A program made the translations under genes and the position numbers. A DNA stretch of 64,000 nucleotides. It comes from Chloroflexota bacterium. Lineage in GTDB: Bacteria > Chloroflexota > UBA11872 > VXOZ01. The notes beneath the pieces are model-generated. The model saw only the letters and a program-made list of their open reading frames with translations. It was not told where the DNA came from and ran no database searches. Of this stretch, positions 1 to 9,940 are shown in pieces (the first letter of the stretch is position 1; every line of letters starts with the position of its first letter). Location: NCBI GenBank assembly GCA_963663275.1, contig OY760183.1, positions 1,984,001 to 2,048,000 on the forward strand, in the 5' to 3' direction.

Positions 1-303
1 AAGCGGAGTTCGATAGAGGCGACCGGCTTCAAGCCTCAGAGAAGGCGTGGGGGGGCGGCTGCGCACGCGGTGAAAGCTGTCGCGCAGCAACGAGGATGGC
101 GGCACAATGGGCATCGCTATCTCTTTGAAACGATTGATGCCATATACCGCGAGACAGGAGACGCCCAGTACTTGGATCTGTTCGGTAGAGCCAATTCGTT
201 GCACATGAACTTCTATGAGAATTGGCAGACGGATAACTTCGTACAGAGCGGCATTGAGCGCGTGAAGGTCTTGGTGGAGAAACTGGAACGGCTCGTAGTG
301 TGA
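1..303 (+). pseudogene. PaREP1-family (HEPN-like) protein, 5' end outside the window, frameshifted at a G7 tract (49-55)
   Basis: Frame 3 reads AEFDRGDRLQASEKAWG, then frame 1 continues AAAHAVKAVAQQRGW...LHMNFYENW. The intact paralog at 31100-31480 has these joined. There is one extra G, which could be a real mutation or a sequencing error. Confidence 0.7.
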
Positions 304-486
304 TCTAGAGTTGAGCTATGGCCCATTTGCCGGAACCGGGGGGACGACATACTGCGATCCAGCAACGTAATCCCGCGACGCCTGCCGTAGGAGTCATAGT
401 GCTGGGTTGTGGTTCCAGGTAGAGAGACGTAGCAAAGCGCGGCGCGTAAGCTGACCCTTAGAGGGCGTCTGCGAAGTCAACAAGAA

Positions 487-570
487 CCGTTCGTGCTGAG
501 CCTGTCGAAGCACGAACGGTCTTTGACACGGGGCCACTATAGTCCGTTCGCCCTGAGCGGGTCGAAGGGT
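487..570. repeat. REP-like palindrome family A (CCGTTCGTGCTGAGCCTGTCGAAGCACGAACGG), one full and one partial copy
   Basis: Related copies at about 5856-5888 (degenerate), 15666-15699, 55918-55951 and 55977-56010. Confidence 0.8.
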
Positions 571-612
571 AAGCAGATGGTAGTGAGCGACTGCGCTCTT
601 GCCCACACGCCC

Positions 613-1779
613 TTACTGATTGCGCTGGCGGCGGCGTAGAAAGGCCGGCAGGTCCAGGTCGTCGGCCGGCTTGCCTACGGTTTCGATAGTGGGTTCATCT
701 TCCTGCTGCCGGCGCGCGGTTACGCGCTTGGCGCGTTCGGCGGTGAGGCCGGTGGCAATCAGCGTTACCTGCACTTCTTCCTGATTGGCCGGGTCGATCG
801 CCGCGCCAAAGATGATGTTGGCTTCCTCGTCCACCGTGGCGCTGACCACTTCCGCCGCGGCGTTTATCTCCTGGATAGTCATGTCGGGCCCGCCGCGGAA
901 GTTCATCAGCACACCGCACGCGCCGCGCATGGGCATATCGGAGAGCGGGTCCTGCATGGCCTCTTCCACCGCCATCAACATGCGGTTCTCGCCGGAGCCG
1001 ATGCCCACGCCCATCATGGCCGTGCCGGCGTCTTTCATGATCGACCGCACGTCGGCGAAGTCCACGTTGATGATGCCGGTAGTGGTCACCAGTTCGGCGA
1101 TGGAGCGCACGCCGTTCAACAGCATCTCATTCGCCAGCGTAAAGGCTTCCCTCATAGGCGCTGAGGCGGGCACGGCGGCGAGCAGGCGGTCGTTGTGGAT
1201 GACGATCAGGGTGTCCACGCTGCGCTGGAGTTCCTCCATGCCGTCGGTGGCGCTGCGTTGCCGGGGCCGGCCCTCGAACATGAACGGCAGTGTGACGACG
1301 CCTACCGTGAGCGCGCCGAAGCGCTTGGCGATGTCGGCGACCACCGGCGCCGCGCCGGTGCCGGTGCCGCCGCCCATGCCCGCCGTAACGAAGACCATGT
1401 CGGCGCCTTCCACCAGGCGCTCGATTTCCTGCGCGCTTTCTTCCGCCGCGCGGCGTCCAAGTTCCGGGTCGCCGCCGGTGCCGCGCAGGCCGGTGAGGCG
1501 TTTGCCGATGGCGAGTTTTTCCGGCGCGCTCGAGAACTCAAGCGCCTGCGCGTCCGTATTGACAGCGGCATACGAAGCGCCGGCGACCTCGGCTTCGATC
1601 ATGCAGTCCACGGCGTTGCTGCCGCCGCCGCCGACGCCGATGATGCGAATCTGTATCAATCCCCGCATCTCGCGGGACCGCGGGCCGGATGAGACCATTT
1701 CGGGAACCACCGGGCGCGGCCGGGTTGTTTCTTCCATATTCTCCAACCGTTCTGGATCAAAGCCGGGCCGCTTCGACAC
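613..1779 (-). CDS. ftsZ: Cell division GTPase FtsZ (divergent, with N-terminal extension)
   Basis: IGVGGGGSNAV, NTDAQAL, tubulin signature GGGTGTG, T7 loop NVDFAD, C-terminal LDLPAFLRR. GTG start with AGAGGTG SD. Confidence 0.95.
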   Translation of the reverse strand: MSKRPGFDPERLENMEETTRPRPVVPEMVSSGPRSREMRGLIQIRIIGVGGGGSNAVDCMIEAEVAGASYAAVNTDAQALEFSSAPEKLAIGKRLTGLRGTGGDPELGRRAAEESAQEIERLVEGADMVFVTAGMGGGTGTGAAPVVADIAKRFGALTVGVVTLPFMFEGRPRQRSATDGMEELQRSVDTLIVIHNDRLLAAVPASAPMREAFTLANEMLLNGVRSIAELVTTTGIINVDFADVRSIMKDAGTAMMGVGIGSGENRMLMAVEEAMQDPLSDMPMRGACGVLMNFRGGPDMTIQEINAAAEVVSATVDEEANIIFGAAIDPANQEEVQVTLIATGLTAERAKRVTARRQQEDEPTIETVGKPADDLDLPAFLRRRQRNQ

Positions 1780-2587
1780 GGTCTAACACCTCTCTGGCTA
1801 GCAGTTGATACGCATCCACAGCTTTTCTCGCGCCGCTGTAGGAAACCACTGAGACGCCGGCCGACGCGGCTTCCAGTATCTTGCTGTTTATGCCGATCTC
1901 CGTGGTAAAGACGCGGTCGCCCCAGCGTTCGTGAAGGTATTGCCACACCGCCTGTTCTTCCCGCAGCCGCCGGTCGTACTTGCTGAGCAGCACGCCGAGG
2001 ACTTCGATCTTGGGGTTGAGCGACGCCACCTCCGCGATGGTCTCTTCCAGCATGTACAGACCTTGTAGGGAGAAGAAGCGCGCCTCGGTGGGGATGATTA
2101 CGCAGTCCGCCGCCACGAGCGCGTTCACGGTGAGGAGACCGAGCGAGGGGGGCGTATCGACGATGATGAAGTCGTATTGGTCCTGGACGCGGGCCAGGTG
2201 TTCGCGCAGGCGCAGTTCGCGGCCAATCACGGCCGTGAGTTGAAACTCCACACTGGCAAGCTCGAGCGACGCCGGCACCACGTCAACCGACCCGCCTCTC
2301 TCGTCCTCGATGCGGTAGATTGGCAGGTCCGCCTGACGGTCCCGCAAGGCGGTGGCTACCGAAGCATCCAGCTCGCGCTCCAGGCCGAAGTGGGCGGTCA
2401 GATTGGCTTGGGCGTCCATGTCTACCGCCAGCACGCGCTTCCCCATATGTGAGAGGGTGGCGCTCAAGTTGGCAGCCGTCGTCGTCTTGCCAACTCCGCC
2501 CTTTTGGTTGGCACAGGCGATCGTGGGCGCTGGAGACAGCCCTTTTGCCGATGACAGGCCCTTCGCTGAAGACAGCGCCTTAGCCAT
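1757..2587 (-). CDS. parA: ParA/Soj-family ATPase
   Basis: Deviant Walker A KGGVGKTT, DMDAQANLT, Walker B IIVDTPP. Start taken at ATG 2587; the ORF is open to 2665. Confidence 0.92.
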   Translation of the reverse strand: MAKALSSAKGLSSAKGLSPAPTIACANQKGGVGKTTTAANLSATLSHMGKRVLAVDMDAQANLTAHFGLERELDASVATALRDRQADLPIYRIEDERGGSVDVVPASLELASVEFQLTAVIGRELRLREHLARVQDQYDFIIVDTPPSLGLLTVNALVAADCVIIPTEARFFSLQGLYMLEETIAEVASLNPKIEVLGVLLSKYDRRLREEQAVWQYLHERWGDRVFTTEIGINSKILEAASAGVSVVSYSGARKAVDAYQLLAREVLDRVEAARL

Positions 2588-2820
2588 ATCGCTTGCTCTA
2601 CCGCTTTCCGCAACCGCGCATCCCGCCTCGTCCTCAATAGTGTAGCATATCGTCAATGCGCCCACAACGAAACGATTGACGAATTCTCAATCTTTTGGTA
2701 TGTGACTTGCCCGGCGTTCTCGATTCCGCGCCGGGCAGTGCTATACTGCAATCCGATAGCCCGGCGCGCGGGGCGCCGGTAGACGATGAGAAAGACGCAA
2801 AGACGCCGCATCCGCTACCC

Positions 2821-3459
2821 ATGAGCGATACCAGCGATACCCGTCCGTTCGATTTACGCCTCTACGTGGTGCTCGATCCGGCGGTGGCCGGAGGGCGGCC
2901 GCTACCGGAAATTGCCCGCCGCGCTATCGCCGGCGGCGCGACCATGCTCCAGTTGCGCGATAAGTGTTCGACCGACCGCGCCTTGCTCGCTACCGCGGAG
3001 GCGTTGGCGCGGCTCTGCCAGGCGGCGGACGTCGCCTTCATCGTGAACGACCGGGTGGACATCGCCTGGGCCGCCGGCGCGGATGGAGTCCATCTCGGCC
3101 ACGACGACCTGCCGCCGGCCGCGGCCCGCCGCCTGCTGGGAGAGCGCGCCATCATCGGCGCTTCGGCGGGCAGCCTGGACGAATTGCGGGCAGTCTTGCC
3201 CGCGCGTCCGGACTACCTGGGCGTGGGGCCGATGTACGCCACGCGCACGAAAGGCGACGCCGGCGCGCCGGTGGGGCCGGCTATGATCCGCGCGCTCCGC
3301 CAGGCCGCGCCCGGCGCGCCGCTGGTAGGCATCGGCGGCATTACGGCGCATAACGCGGCGGCGGTGCTGGCGGCGGGCGCGGACGGCATTGCGGTGGTCT
3401 CAGCCGTGGTGGGGGCAGAGGACGTCGAAGCCGCCGCGCGCGCCTTGCGCGCCCTCTAG
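2821..3459 (+). CDS. thiE: Thiamine phosphate synthase
   Basis: LQLRDK, FIVNDRVDIA, DGVHLGHDD, VGIGGI motifs. Confidence 0.93.
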   Translation: MSDTSDTRPFDLRLYVVLDPAVAGGRPLPEIARRAIAGGATMLQLRDKCSTDRALLATAEALARLCQAADVAFIVNDRVDIAWAAGADGVHLGHDDLPPAAARRLLGERAIIGASAGSLDELRAVLPARPDYLGVGPMYATRTKGDAGAPVGPAMIRALRQAAPGAPLVGIGGITAHNAAAVLAAGADGIAVVSAVVGAEDVEAAARALRAL

Positions 3460-3664
3460 CGCATGAATCGCGCCTGTACGCTATCATCCCACGCACCTCT
3501 CGCGGCGGACGGCTCGGCGGCGCTTGGCCGTCGTTTCAGGGGCGGAGTCCGCTTGTTTCTCACGTCCCGCGTCGTCTATGCTCGATAGTGAAGGACCGCG
3601 CCGGCGATTGCTCGCCCTTATTTGGCTACCTAAGCGGGCGCTCAGGCGGTTTACGGAAAACAAT

Positions 3665-5644
3665 ATGAACGGACATCGGCAAACGCCTTACGACGTCATC
3701 GTCGTCGGCGCCGGCCACGCCGGTTGCGAGGCGGCCTTGGCGGCGGCGCGCATGGGCCGCGCCACGCTCGCGGTCACCGGCGACCGCGAACGCATCGCCT
3801 TCATGCCCTGCAACCCCTCGATTGGCGGCCCGGCCAAGGGTCACCTGGTGCGGGAGATCGACGCGCTGGGCGGCGAGATGGGCCGGAACACCGACCGCAC
3901 CTTGATCCAGATCCGCTTGCTGAACAGCAGCAAAGGGCCGGCGGTACAGGCGCTGCGCGCTCAATGCGACAAGCATCTCTACGCGCGCTCGATGCGCCGG
4001 ACGCTGGAGAGCCAGCCAAATCTGACCATCCACGACGGCTTGGTCGAGGATCTTCTCACCACCGTTGGGCCGGAGGGGCGCCGGCGTGTTATCGGCGTGC
4101 AGACGAAGGCAGGGGAGGCGTTCCACGCCCGGACCGTGGTGCTCACCACCGGCACCTTCTTGCAGGGCATCTTGATTACGGGCGAGAAGCGCGTCGGCGG
4201 CGGACGGGCGGGCGAAGCGCCGGCGCAGGCGCTTTCAGGCGCGTTGCGGCGGCTGGGCTTTCGGCTGCGCCGCCTGAAGACCGGCACCCCGCCGCGCGTC
4301 CTGGCGGAAAGCATCGACTTTGCCCTCACCACGCCGCAACCGGGCTCGCCGCAGCCGCTGCAATTCTCGTTCACTCCCTTGCGAGAAGAAGAAATCTGGC
4401 GCGACGAGCCGGATCCGGTCTACCCGTTCCAGGTCGAAACCCCCTGGCGGCGGCAGATGGTCTGCTACCTGACGCACACCAATCCGGCTACCCACGCGAT
4501 CATACGCGACAATCTGCACCGCGCGCCCATGTTCAACGGGACGATTAGCGGTACAGGCCCGCGCTACTGTCCCTCCATCGAGGACAAGATCGTGCGCTTC
4601 GGCCACAAGGAAGCGCACCAACTCTTCCTGGAGCCGGAGGGGTTTACCACGCACGAGGTTTACGTGCAGGGCGCGAACACCAGTCTGCCGGAAGACGTGC
4701 AGGCGGCCATGCTGCGCACCATTCCCGCGCTGCGGCGGGCGGAGATCGCGCGCCACGGTTACGCGGTGGAGTACGACCACGTGGTGACGGACCAGACCGC
4801 GGTAACGCTGGAGGCGAAGTCCGTGTCCGGCCTCTTCTTCGCGGGGCAGATCAACGGCACGTCCGGCTATGAAGAGGCGGCGGCGCAGGGCCTCATCGCC
4901 GGCATCAACGCCGCGCGGCGCGCGCAGGGCAAGCCGCCCCTTGTGCTGGGACGCGACCAAGCCTACATCGGCGTGATGCTGGACGACCTGGTGAGCCAGG
5001 AGCACCAGGAGCCGTACCGCCTCTTTACCTCCCGCGCGGAGTACCGGCTGCTACTGCGGCACGATAACGCCGACCTGCGCCTGACGCCGCTGGGGTACGA
5101 GATGGGGCTGGTTAGTGGTGAACGGTATGCGCGCGTCATGGCAAAGCGTGAGGCCGTCGAGCGCGCGCTGGAGCGTTTGCGGCAACACCGGATACCCCCA
5201 TCGCCCCGCGCGAACCGCGTCTTGGCGGCAGCCGGCGTGCAACCCATCCGCGGCCCGACGCAGGCCCTCAGCCTGATGCAGCGGCCAAACGCGCGCTACG
5301 CGGCGGTCGCCGCTCTGATGGAGGAGCCGGTCGACGCGCTCGACCCGGAGGTGGTAGCGCAAGTCGAACTCGAGGCGCGCTACGCAGGCTACGTGGAGCG
5401 CCAGCAGGCCCACGTGCGCAAGCTGGCGCGCATGGAGGCCATGCCCCTGCCGGAGGACGTAGACTACGACCGCTTGCCTTCCCTTCGGGCGGAGGCGCGC
5501 CAGAAGTTGGCTCAATTCCGGCCGCGCACGCTGGGACAGGCGGCGCGCATCGCGGGGGTGACACCGGCGGACGTGGCGGTGCTGATGGTGCACGTTCACC
5601 GCCGGAGGCGAGAACGCAAGCCTGAAGAGGCGGCGGCGCGCTGA
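3665..5644 (+). CDS. mnmG: tRNA U34 5-carboxymethylaminomethyl modification enzyme MnmG (GidA)
   Basis: [54 protein letters not shown]. Confidence 0.97.
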   Translation: MNGHRQTPYDVIVVGAGHAGCEAALAAARMGRATLAVTGDRERIAFMPCNPSIGGPAKGHLVREIDALGGEMGRNTDRTLIQIRLLNSSKGPAVQALRAQCDKHLYARSMRRTLESQPNLTIHDGLVEDLLTTVGPEGRRRVIGVQTKAGEAFHARTVVLTTGTFLQGILITGEKRVGGGRAGEAPAQALSGALRRLGFRLRRLKTGTPPRVLAESIDFALTTPQPGSPQPLQFSFTPLREEEIWRDEPDPVYPFQVETPWRRQMVCYLTHTNPATHAIIRDNLHRAPMFNGTISGTGPRYCPSIEDKIVRFGHKEAHQLFLEPEGFTTHEVYVQGANTSLPEDVQAAMLRTIPALRRAEIARHGYAVEYDHVVTDQTAVTLEAKSVSGLFFAGQINGTSGYEEAAAQGLIAGINAARRAQGKPPLVLGRDQAYIGVMLDDLVSQEHQEPYRLFTSRAEYRLLLRHDNADLRLTPLGYEMGLVSGERYARVMAKREAVERALERLRQHRIPPSPRANRVLAAAGVQPIRGPTQALSLMQRPNARYAAVAALMEEPVDALDPEVVAQVELEARYAGYVERQQAHVRKLARMEAMPLPEDVDYDRLPSLRAEARQKLAQFRPRTLGQAARIAGVTPADVAVLMVHVHRRRRERKPEEAAAR

Positions 5645-5893
5645 GCGGAGTGCCGGCCGCAACGCAGGCCAAGCGGCGCAGATTGCCTGGCGTTTGCTGG
5701 GGGTAGCGTCTACACGCCGTCATCTTTGCCAATGGCGCGCGTGGGCCGCATCTCTTGAGGGGCGCTCACCCCGCGTCACATTGGTTGGAATCCTGGATAC
5801 CGGCCAGTCGAGACTGGATAGCCGGCGCGGCGGTGTGCGGGGCCTTGAGGCAACCCCGCTCGCCCTGCGGATGGTTCAGGGCGAACGGAGCGG

Positions 5894-5926
5894 TCAGATC
5901 TCGAAACGGAACTTGAAGCTGAGCAC
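5894..5926 (-). CDS. Candidate 10-aa small peptide MLSFKFRFEI
   Basis: TAAGGAG SD 9 nt before GTG, mostly G/C-ending codons, upstream TTGACA promoter, downstream hairpin. Confidence 0.4.
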   Translation of the reverse strand: MLSFKFRFEI

Positions 5927-6008
5927 TGTACACTTCTCCTTACGCTACGGAGTCACCCTTGCGGCAATGACCGTACCGCAAAGGATTAGTATTCAAATCG
6001 CGAGACTC

Positions 6009-6038
6009 AGTTAACCACACTGCCGCTTCACGTGTCAA
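6009..6038 (-). promoter_or_regulatory. Sigma70-like promoter TTGACA-N18-TTAACT
   Basis: Perfect -35 and TGG before the -10-like hexamer; resembles the promoter at 6144-6172. Confidence 0.5.
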
Positions 6039-6143
6039 CCGCGCGGCGCGCCGCCTGTGGCGCAATGGATTTTCTCTCTCCCCGGGAGGCGGCAGACGGG
6101 GGCCGGGTTCAGGCCGCGCTCGCCGTCTCTCTCTGCGGCACCC

Positions 6144-6172
6144 AATTAACCATACTGCGCCGCAACTGTCAA
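6144..6172 (-). promoter_or_regulatory. Sigma70-like promoter TTGACA-N17-TTAATT
   Basis: Perfect -35; spacer shares GCGGC..CAGT.TGG with the promoter at 6009-6038. Confidence 0.5.
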
Positions 6173-6289
6173 GCGATTGCCAGCATCGCGGGTGTGGTTG
6201 CCGTCTGTGCGGCGAGGCTCATGGCAGAGCGCGCGGTTCATCGGCGGCAATCCTGTCCTAAGAAAGTTAGTCAGCCACCGGCGAAAAGT

Positions 6290-7549
6290 CTAGCTGGCGT
6301 GGCGCACGGCCAGCCACAGGCGGCGCAGGCTCATGCGTTGGCCGTAGATGAGGATGCCGGCGCGGAAGACGCGGGCGGAGAGCCAGAGAAGCGCCAACCC
6401 GCTGAGGACGGTCACGCCCAAACTGAGGGCGATCTCCCAGAACGCCACGTCGGTCACGCCCAGCCGGATCATCATCGTAGGAGGAGCGGTGAAGGGAATG
6501 AAGGTAAGGATCCGCGCAAACGCGCCGTTGGGGACGAGCGAGATGAACGCGGCGAGCATCAGCGGCGCCAGAGCCGGGATCAAGACGATGGTGGAAAGCG
6601 ACGACGCCTCGCGCGCGGAGACCGTGGCGGCGCTGATGCCGGCCATCACCACCGCAAAGACGAAGTATCCGGCGAGAAAGAAGACGACGATCGCCGCCGC
6701 CAGGCCGGGCGAAAACGCAAGTTCGGCGACATCGGGAAAGGCGCTCACGATGCGCGGCGCGAGCACGGCAACGGAAACCAGCCATATCCCCACTTGCAGC
6801 AGCCCGGTCGCGCCCAGACCGAGCACCTTGCCGGTCATCAAGGCCAATGGCGAGACCGACGTGATGAGCACTTCGACCACACGGTTCTCCTTCTCCTCGG
6901 AGACGCTCTGCAACAGCGTGCCGCTCACCATGTAGATCACCATGATCATGATCCACGCCGACAGGAACGGCACCGTGAAGAACGTAAGGATTTGCCCTTC
7001 GTCCTCGGCGGCGACGTCTCCCGCGGGCGTAATCTCGTAGCGCGTGAGATTGAGGGGGTCTTGCAGGCGCGCAAGCCGGTCCACGGATAGGTCGGCGGAC
7101 GTGAGCGCCTGCAGCAGGAGCGCGCGCATCCGGTCTTGGTTCGCGTCTCCCGCGATGAGGCTGCTCAGGCCGCTATCCGCGTGCAGCCACTCGACGCGGC
7201 CGCTTTGGAGGTAGTCCGCGGGAATGATGAAGAGGTCGTCCACGTCTCCGGCCCGCAAGGCGGCGATACCGGCCTGGCGGTCGGCGAAGGCTTGAAAACC
7301 GGCGGCATCGCGTGTGGTGAACGCGAGGTCGTTTGAGAGATTGACGACGGCGGCGGCTCTGCCGCTGTCTCCGCTGCCGGCGCCGGCGTCGTCGCCACTG
7401 AAGAAGCCGCGCGCCAGCGGCGCTGCCACCGCCAGCACGAGCAGGATGACTACCGGCGTGAAGGTGACGATGAGGAATTGCTTGCGACGGATCTGCCGGC
7501 GCGCTTCTTCGACGAGGACGATTTTCGTTTCAGACCACAGTCTGCGCAC
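6290..7549 (-). CDS. ABC-2 type transporter permease (NatB/YhaP-like)
   Basis: SVSEEKENRVVEVLITSVSPLALMTGKVLG motif and multiple TM helices. Confidence 0.9.
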   Translation of the reverse strand: MRRLWSETKIVLVEEARRQIRRKQFLIVTFTPVVILLVLAVAAPLARGFFSGDDAGAGSGDSGRAAAVVNLSNDLAFTTRDAAGFQAFADRQAGIAALRAGDVDDLFIIPADYLQSGRVEWLHADSGLSSLIAGDANQDRMRALLLQALTSADLSVDRLARLQDPLNLTRYEITPAGDVAAEDEGQILTFFTVPFLSAWIMIMVIYMVSGTLLQSVSEEKENRVVEVLITSVSPLALMTGKVLGLGATGLLQVGIWLVSVAVLAPRIVSAFPDVAELAFSPGLAAAIVVFFLAGYFVFAVVMAGISAATVSAREASSLSTIVLIPALAPLMLAAFISLVPNGAFARILTFIPFTAPPTMMIRLGVTDVAFWEIALSLGVTVLSGLALLWLSARVFRAGILIYGQRMSLRRLWLAVRHAS

Positions 7550-7626
7550 GTTCTGATTTAATCCTCAGGCTCCGTTGCGACGAATGCGTTGTTCATCAAT
7601 TCCCGGTGCAGGCTCTGCTCCGCGAT

Positions 7627-8886
7627 TCAACCCCCGGAGCGCAGCGCCAACCACGCCGCCCGCAGGCTCATGCGCTGGCCGTAGAGCAGCAGGCCGGCGC
7701 GGAAGACACGGCTTGCCAGCCAGAGCAGGAGCGCCGCCGTAACGAGCATGAGGCCGAGGCTGAGCGCGACCTCGCCCGGCGGCACCCGGCCGGTCGCCAA
7801 CCGCACCATCATCGACGTGGCCGCCGTAAAGGGCAGGAATGAGAGCAAGCGCGGCAGCCAGTGATCGGCGGAATTCAGGAAGAGCGGCATGGCGTAGAAG
7901 GGCGCGGCAAGCGGAATGATTACGAGGGTAGTAAAGGGGCCCGCTTCCGTGACCGAGGTGGTAGCGGCGCCGATGCCCGCCATGAGCGCGGCCGCAATCG
8001 CGTATCCGGCCAGAAAGAACGCCAGCGCCAGCAGCAAGAAGCCCACGTCGATGGATATGCCGCCCAGGTCCGGAATCACGCCCGCAAAGCGAGGCACGAT
8101 CAACAAAACCGCGGCAATCCACACCGCCATCTGGATCAATCCCGCCAGACCCAGCGCCAGCACCTTGCCGGTCATGATGGCCAGCGGCGAAGCGGAAGTG
8201 AGCAGCACCTCCACCATGCGGTTCTCTTTCTCTTCAGAGACCGTTTGGAGCAAAATCGTGCCGTAGGCGATGAGGGTGAAGATGAGGGCGATGGCGAATC
8301 CCTGCCCGATGATGAACGAGACCGCAACCGCCGCGCCGCTCTCGGCTTCCACCGCGCCGTCCGCGTTTACCGTGAAGTGCTGAAACTGTGGTCGCGCGAG
8401 CGCCCGCTGCCTGTGCGCGGGCGACCGCGTCTCTCCCAGGAGCGCGTCCCTCAGTATGAGCCGCAATTGTTGGCGACCCTCACTCTCATCTTCGGTGTAG
8501 TAATGCTCGATCGCGCCGGTGGCGACGTAGTCCGGTAGAATCACGAAGAGTTCGTTGATTTCCCCGGCTTTCAAGGCGTCCAGGCCCGGCGCAACTCCGG
8601 CGTAAACCTGAAACTCCGCCGCCTGCCCAAAGTCCACGGCAAGGTCGCTCGTCTGCATGACGACGCCGCTGGGAAGGTCGGCAGCGCCTTGTTCCGCTCC
8701 GGCCGCGGCGCGGGTTTCCGCACTTGCCTCGTCCTGCACGATTCCTCTAATCACCGGAATGCCGATCCAGATGAGGAGGAGCAGCACGGGAATCGTCAGT
8801 GTGGCAATGAGAAAGCCCTTGCCGCCGACCTGCTTGCGCAACTCGTGGGCAAAGACGATGTGAACGCCGTCAAGCGCTGCGGGCAC
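7627..8886 (-). CDS. ABC-2 type transporter permease (paralog)
   Basis: TVSEEKENRMVEVLLTSASPLAIMTGKVLA motif and TM helices. Confidence 0.9.
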   Translation of the reverse strand: MPAALDGVHIVFAHELRKQVGGKGFLIATLTIPVLLLLIWIGIPVIRGIVQDEASAETRAAAGAEQGAADLPSGVVMQTSDLAVDFGQAAEFQVYAGVAPGLDALKAGEINELFVILPDYVATGAIEHYYTEDESEGRQQLRLILRDALLGETRSPAHRQRALARPQFQHFTVNADGAVEAESGAAVAVSFIIGQGFAIALIFTLIAYGTILLQTVSEEKENRMVEVLLTSASPLAIMTGKVLALGLAGLIQMAVWIAAVLLIVPRFAGVIPDLGGISIDVGFLLLALAFFLAGYAIAAALMAGIGAATTSVTEAGPFTTLVIIPLAAPFYAMPLFLNSADHWLPRLLSFLPFTAATSMMVRLATGRVPPGEVALSLGLMLVTAALLLWLASRVFRAGLLLYGQRMSLRAAWLALRSGG

Positions 8887-9772
8887 GGCTCACCTCTTCG
8901 ATGAACATGTCGCGCAAGGAGGGCAGGGCGACCTCGAACCGTTCCACCGGAATGCCGCCGTCCAAGAAGGCGCGAAGCACGGCATTCGGGTCGGCCCCCT
9001 CGGTCAGGAGATACTCAAACTGCCCGTCCGCGGCCGCGGCGCGGCTGACGCCGGGCACGTCCGCCGGTTGCTGCGGCGCGGTAACGCGGATGTTCTGGAT
9101 GCCCCGCGCCCGCTTCAGCGCGTCGAGAGCGCCGTAGAGCAACACCCTGCCGGAACTGATGAGCACCACGCGCTCGCACATCTCCTCAACGTCTTCCATG
9201 TCGTGGGAACTGAAGATGATTGCGGCGCCGCGCTGCTGTTGTTCGCGGATGATTTCCTTCATCACCTGCACGTTGAGCGGATCGAGGCCGGAGAAGGGTT
9301 CGTCGAGGATGACGAGATCGGGTTGGTGCACCAGGGCGCTGGCAAACTGGGCGAGTTGGTTCATGCCCCGCGAGAGCGCCTGCACCTTCTTGTCGCGGTG
9401 CTCGTAGAGGCCGACGCGTTCCAGCATGGCGTCGGCGCGGGCGCGGGCATCTTTGGCGCTCAGGCCTTTCAGGCGTCCCAGGTAGCGCAGCACGTCGCTC
9501 AGGGCCGACTTCTGGTAGAGGCCGCGCTCCTCGGGCAGGTAGCCGACCCGCCGCAGCGCCTGCCGCGTGGGCGGGCCGCCAAACAACGCGACCGAACCGG
9601 CATCGGGGCGGATGATGTCCAGCGCCATGCGGATGGTGGAAGTCTTGCCGGCTCCATTTGGCCCCACCAGGCCCAGGATTTCCCGCGGCTCAACGGTGAA
9701 GGAGACGCCATCGACGACCGTGGTGTGACCGTATACCTTGCTCACGCCGTCAACGACTAAGGCGTTTGTCAC
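8870..9772 (-). CDS. ABC transporter ATP-binding protein (NatA-like)
   Basis: GPNGAGKT, LSRGM, ILDEPFSGLDP, GYLPEERGLY. Confidence 0.95.
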   Translation of the reverse strand: MTNALVVDGVSKVYGHTTVVDGVSFTVEPREILGLVGPNGAGKTSTIRMALDIIRPDAGSVALFGGPPTRQALRRVGYLPEERGLYQKSALSDVLRYLGRLKGLSAKDARARADAMLERVGLYEHRDKKVQALSRGMNQLAQFASALVHQPDLVILDEPFSGLDPLNVQVMKEIIREQQQRGAAIIFSSHDMEDVEEMCERVVLISSGRVLLYGALDALKRARGIQNIRVTAPQQPADVPGVSRAAAADGQFEYLLTEGADPNAVLRAFLDGGIPVERFEVALPSLRDMFIEEVSRARSA

Positions 9773-9913
9773 GAAGTTACTCTCTTCATGCTGGAGGATT
9801 CCGGGAAAGACCGGATAGAGGCTTTTGCATAGCCCGTTTGCCTTTGAGGGAGAAAGTTAGGATGGGAGTGATAAAGCATTGAAAGCATTTGTGATTAACT
9901 GTAATGTCAGTCT

Positions 9914-9940
9914 GGATTCCGGCTCTTGCCGGAATGACGG
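9914..9940. repeat. REP-like palindrome family F (GTCATTCCGGCRAGAGCCGGAATCC)
   Basis: Inverted copy at about 47998-48024. Confidence 0.65.

Noticed and set aside
2590-2820. TPP riboswitch upstream of thiE
   Set aside because: The conserved CTGAGA...ACCTG core was not found.
1757-5644. oriC-associated mnmG-rsmG-parAB locus
   Set aside because: parA is divergent from mnmG, rsmG and parB are absent, and no DnaA-box cluster or parS palindrome was recognised.
5890-6140. tmRNA, 6S, SRP or RNase P RNA
   Set aside because: No tRNA-like ends, ALAA-type tag, SRP loop motif or GAGGAAAGTCC signature was recognised.
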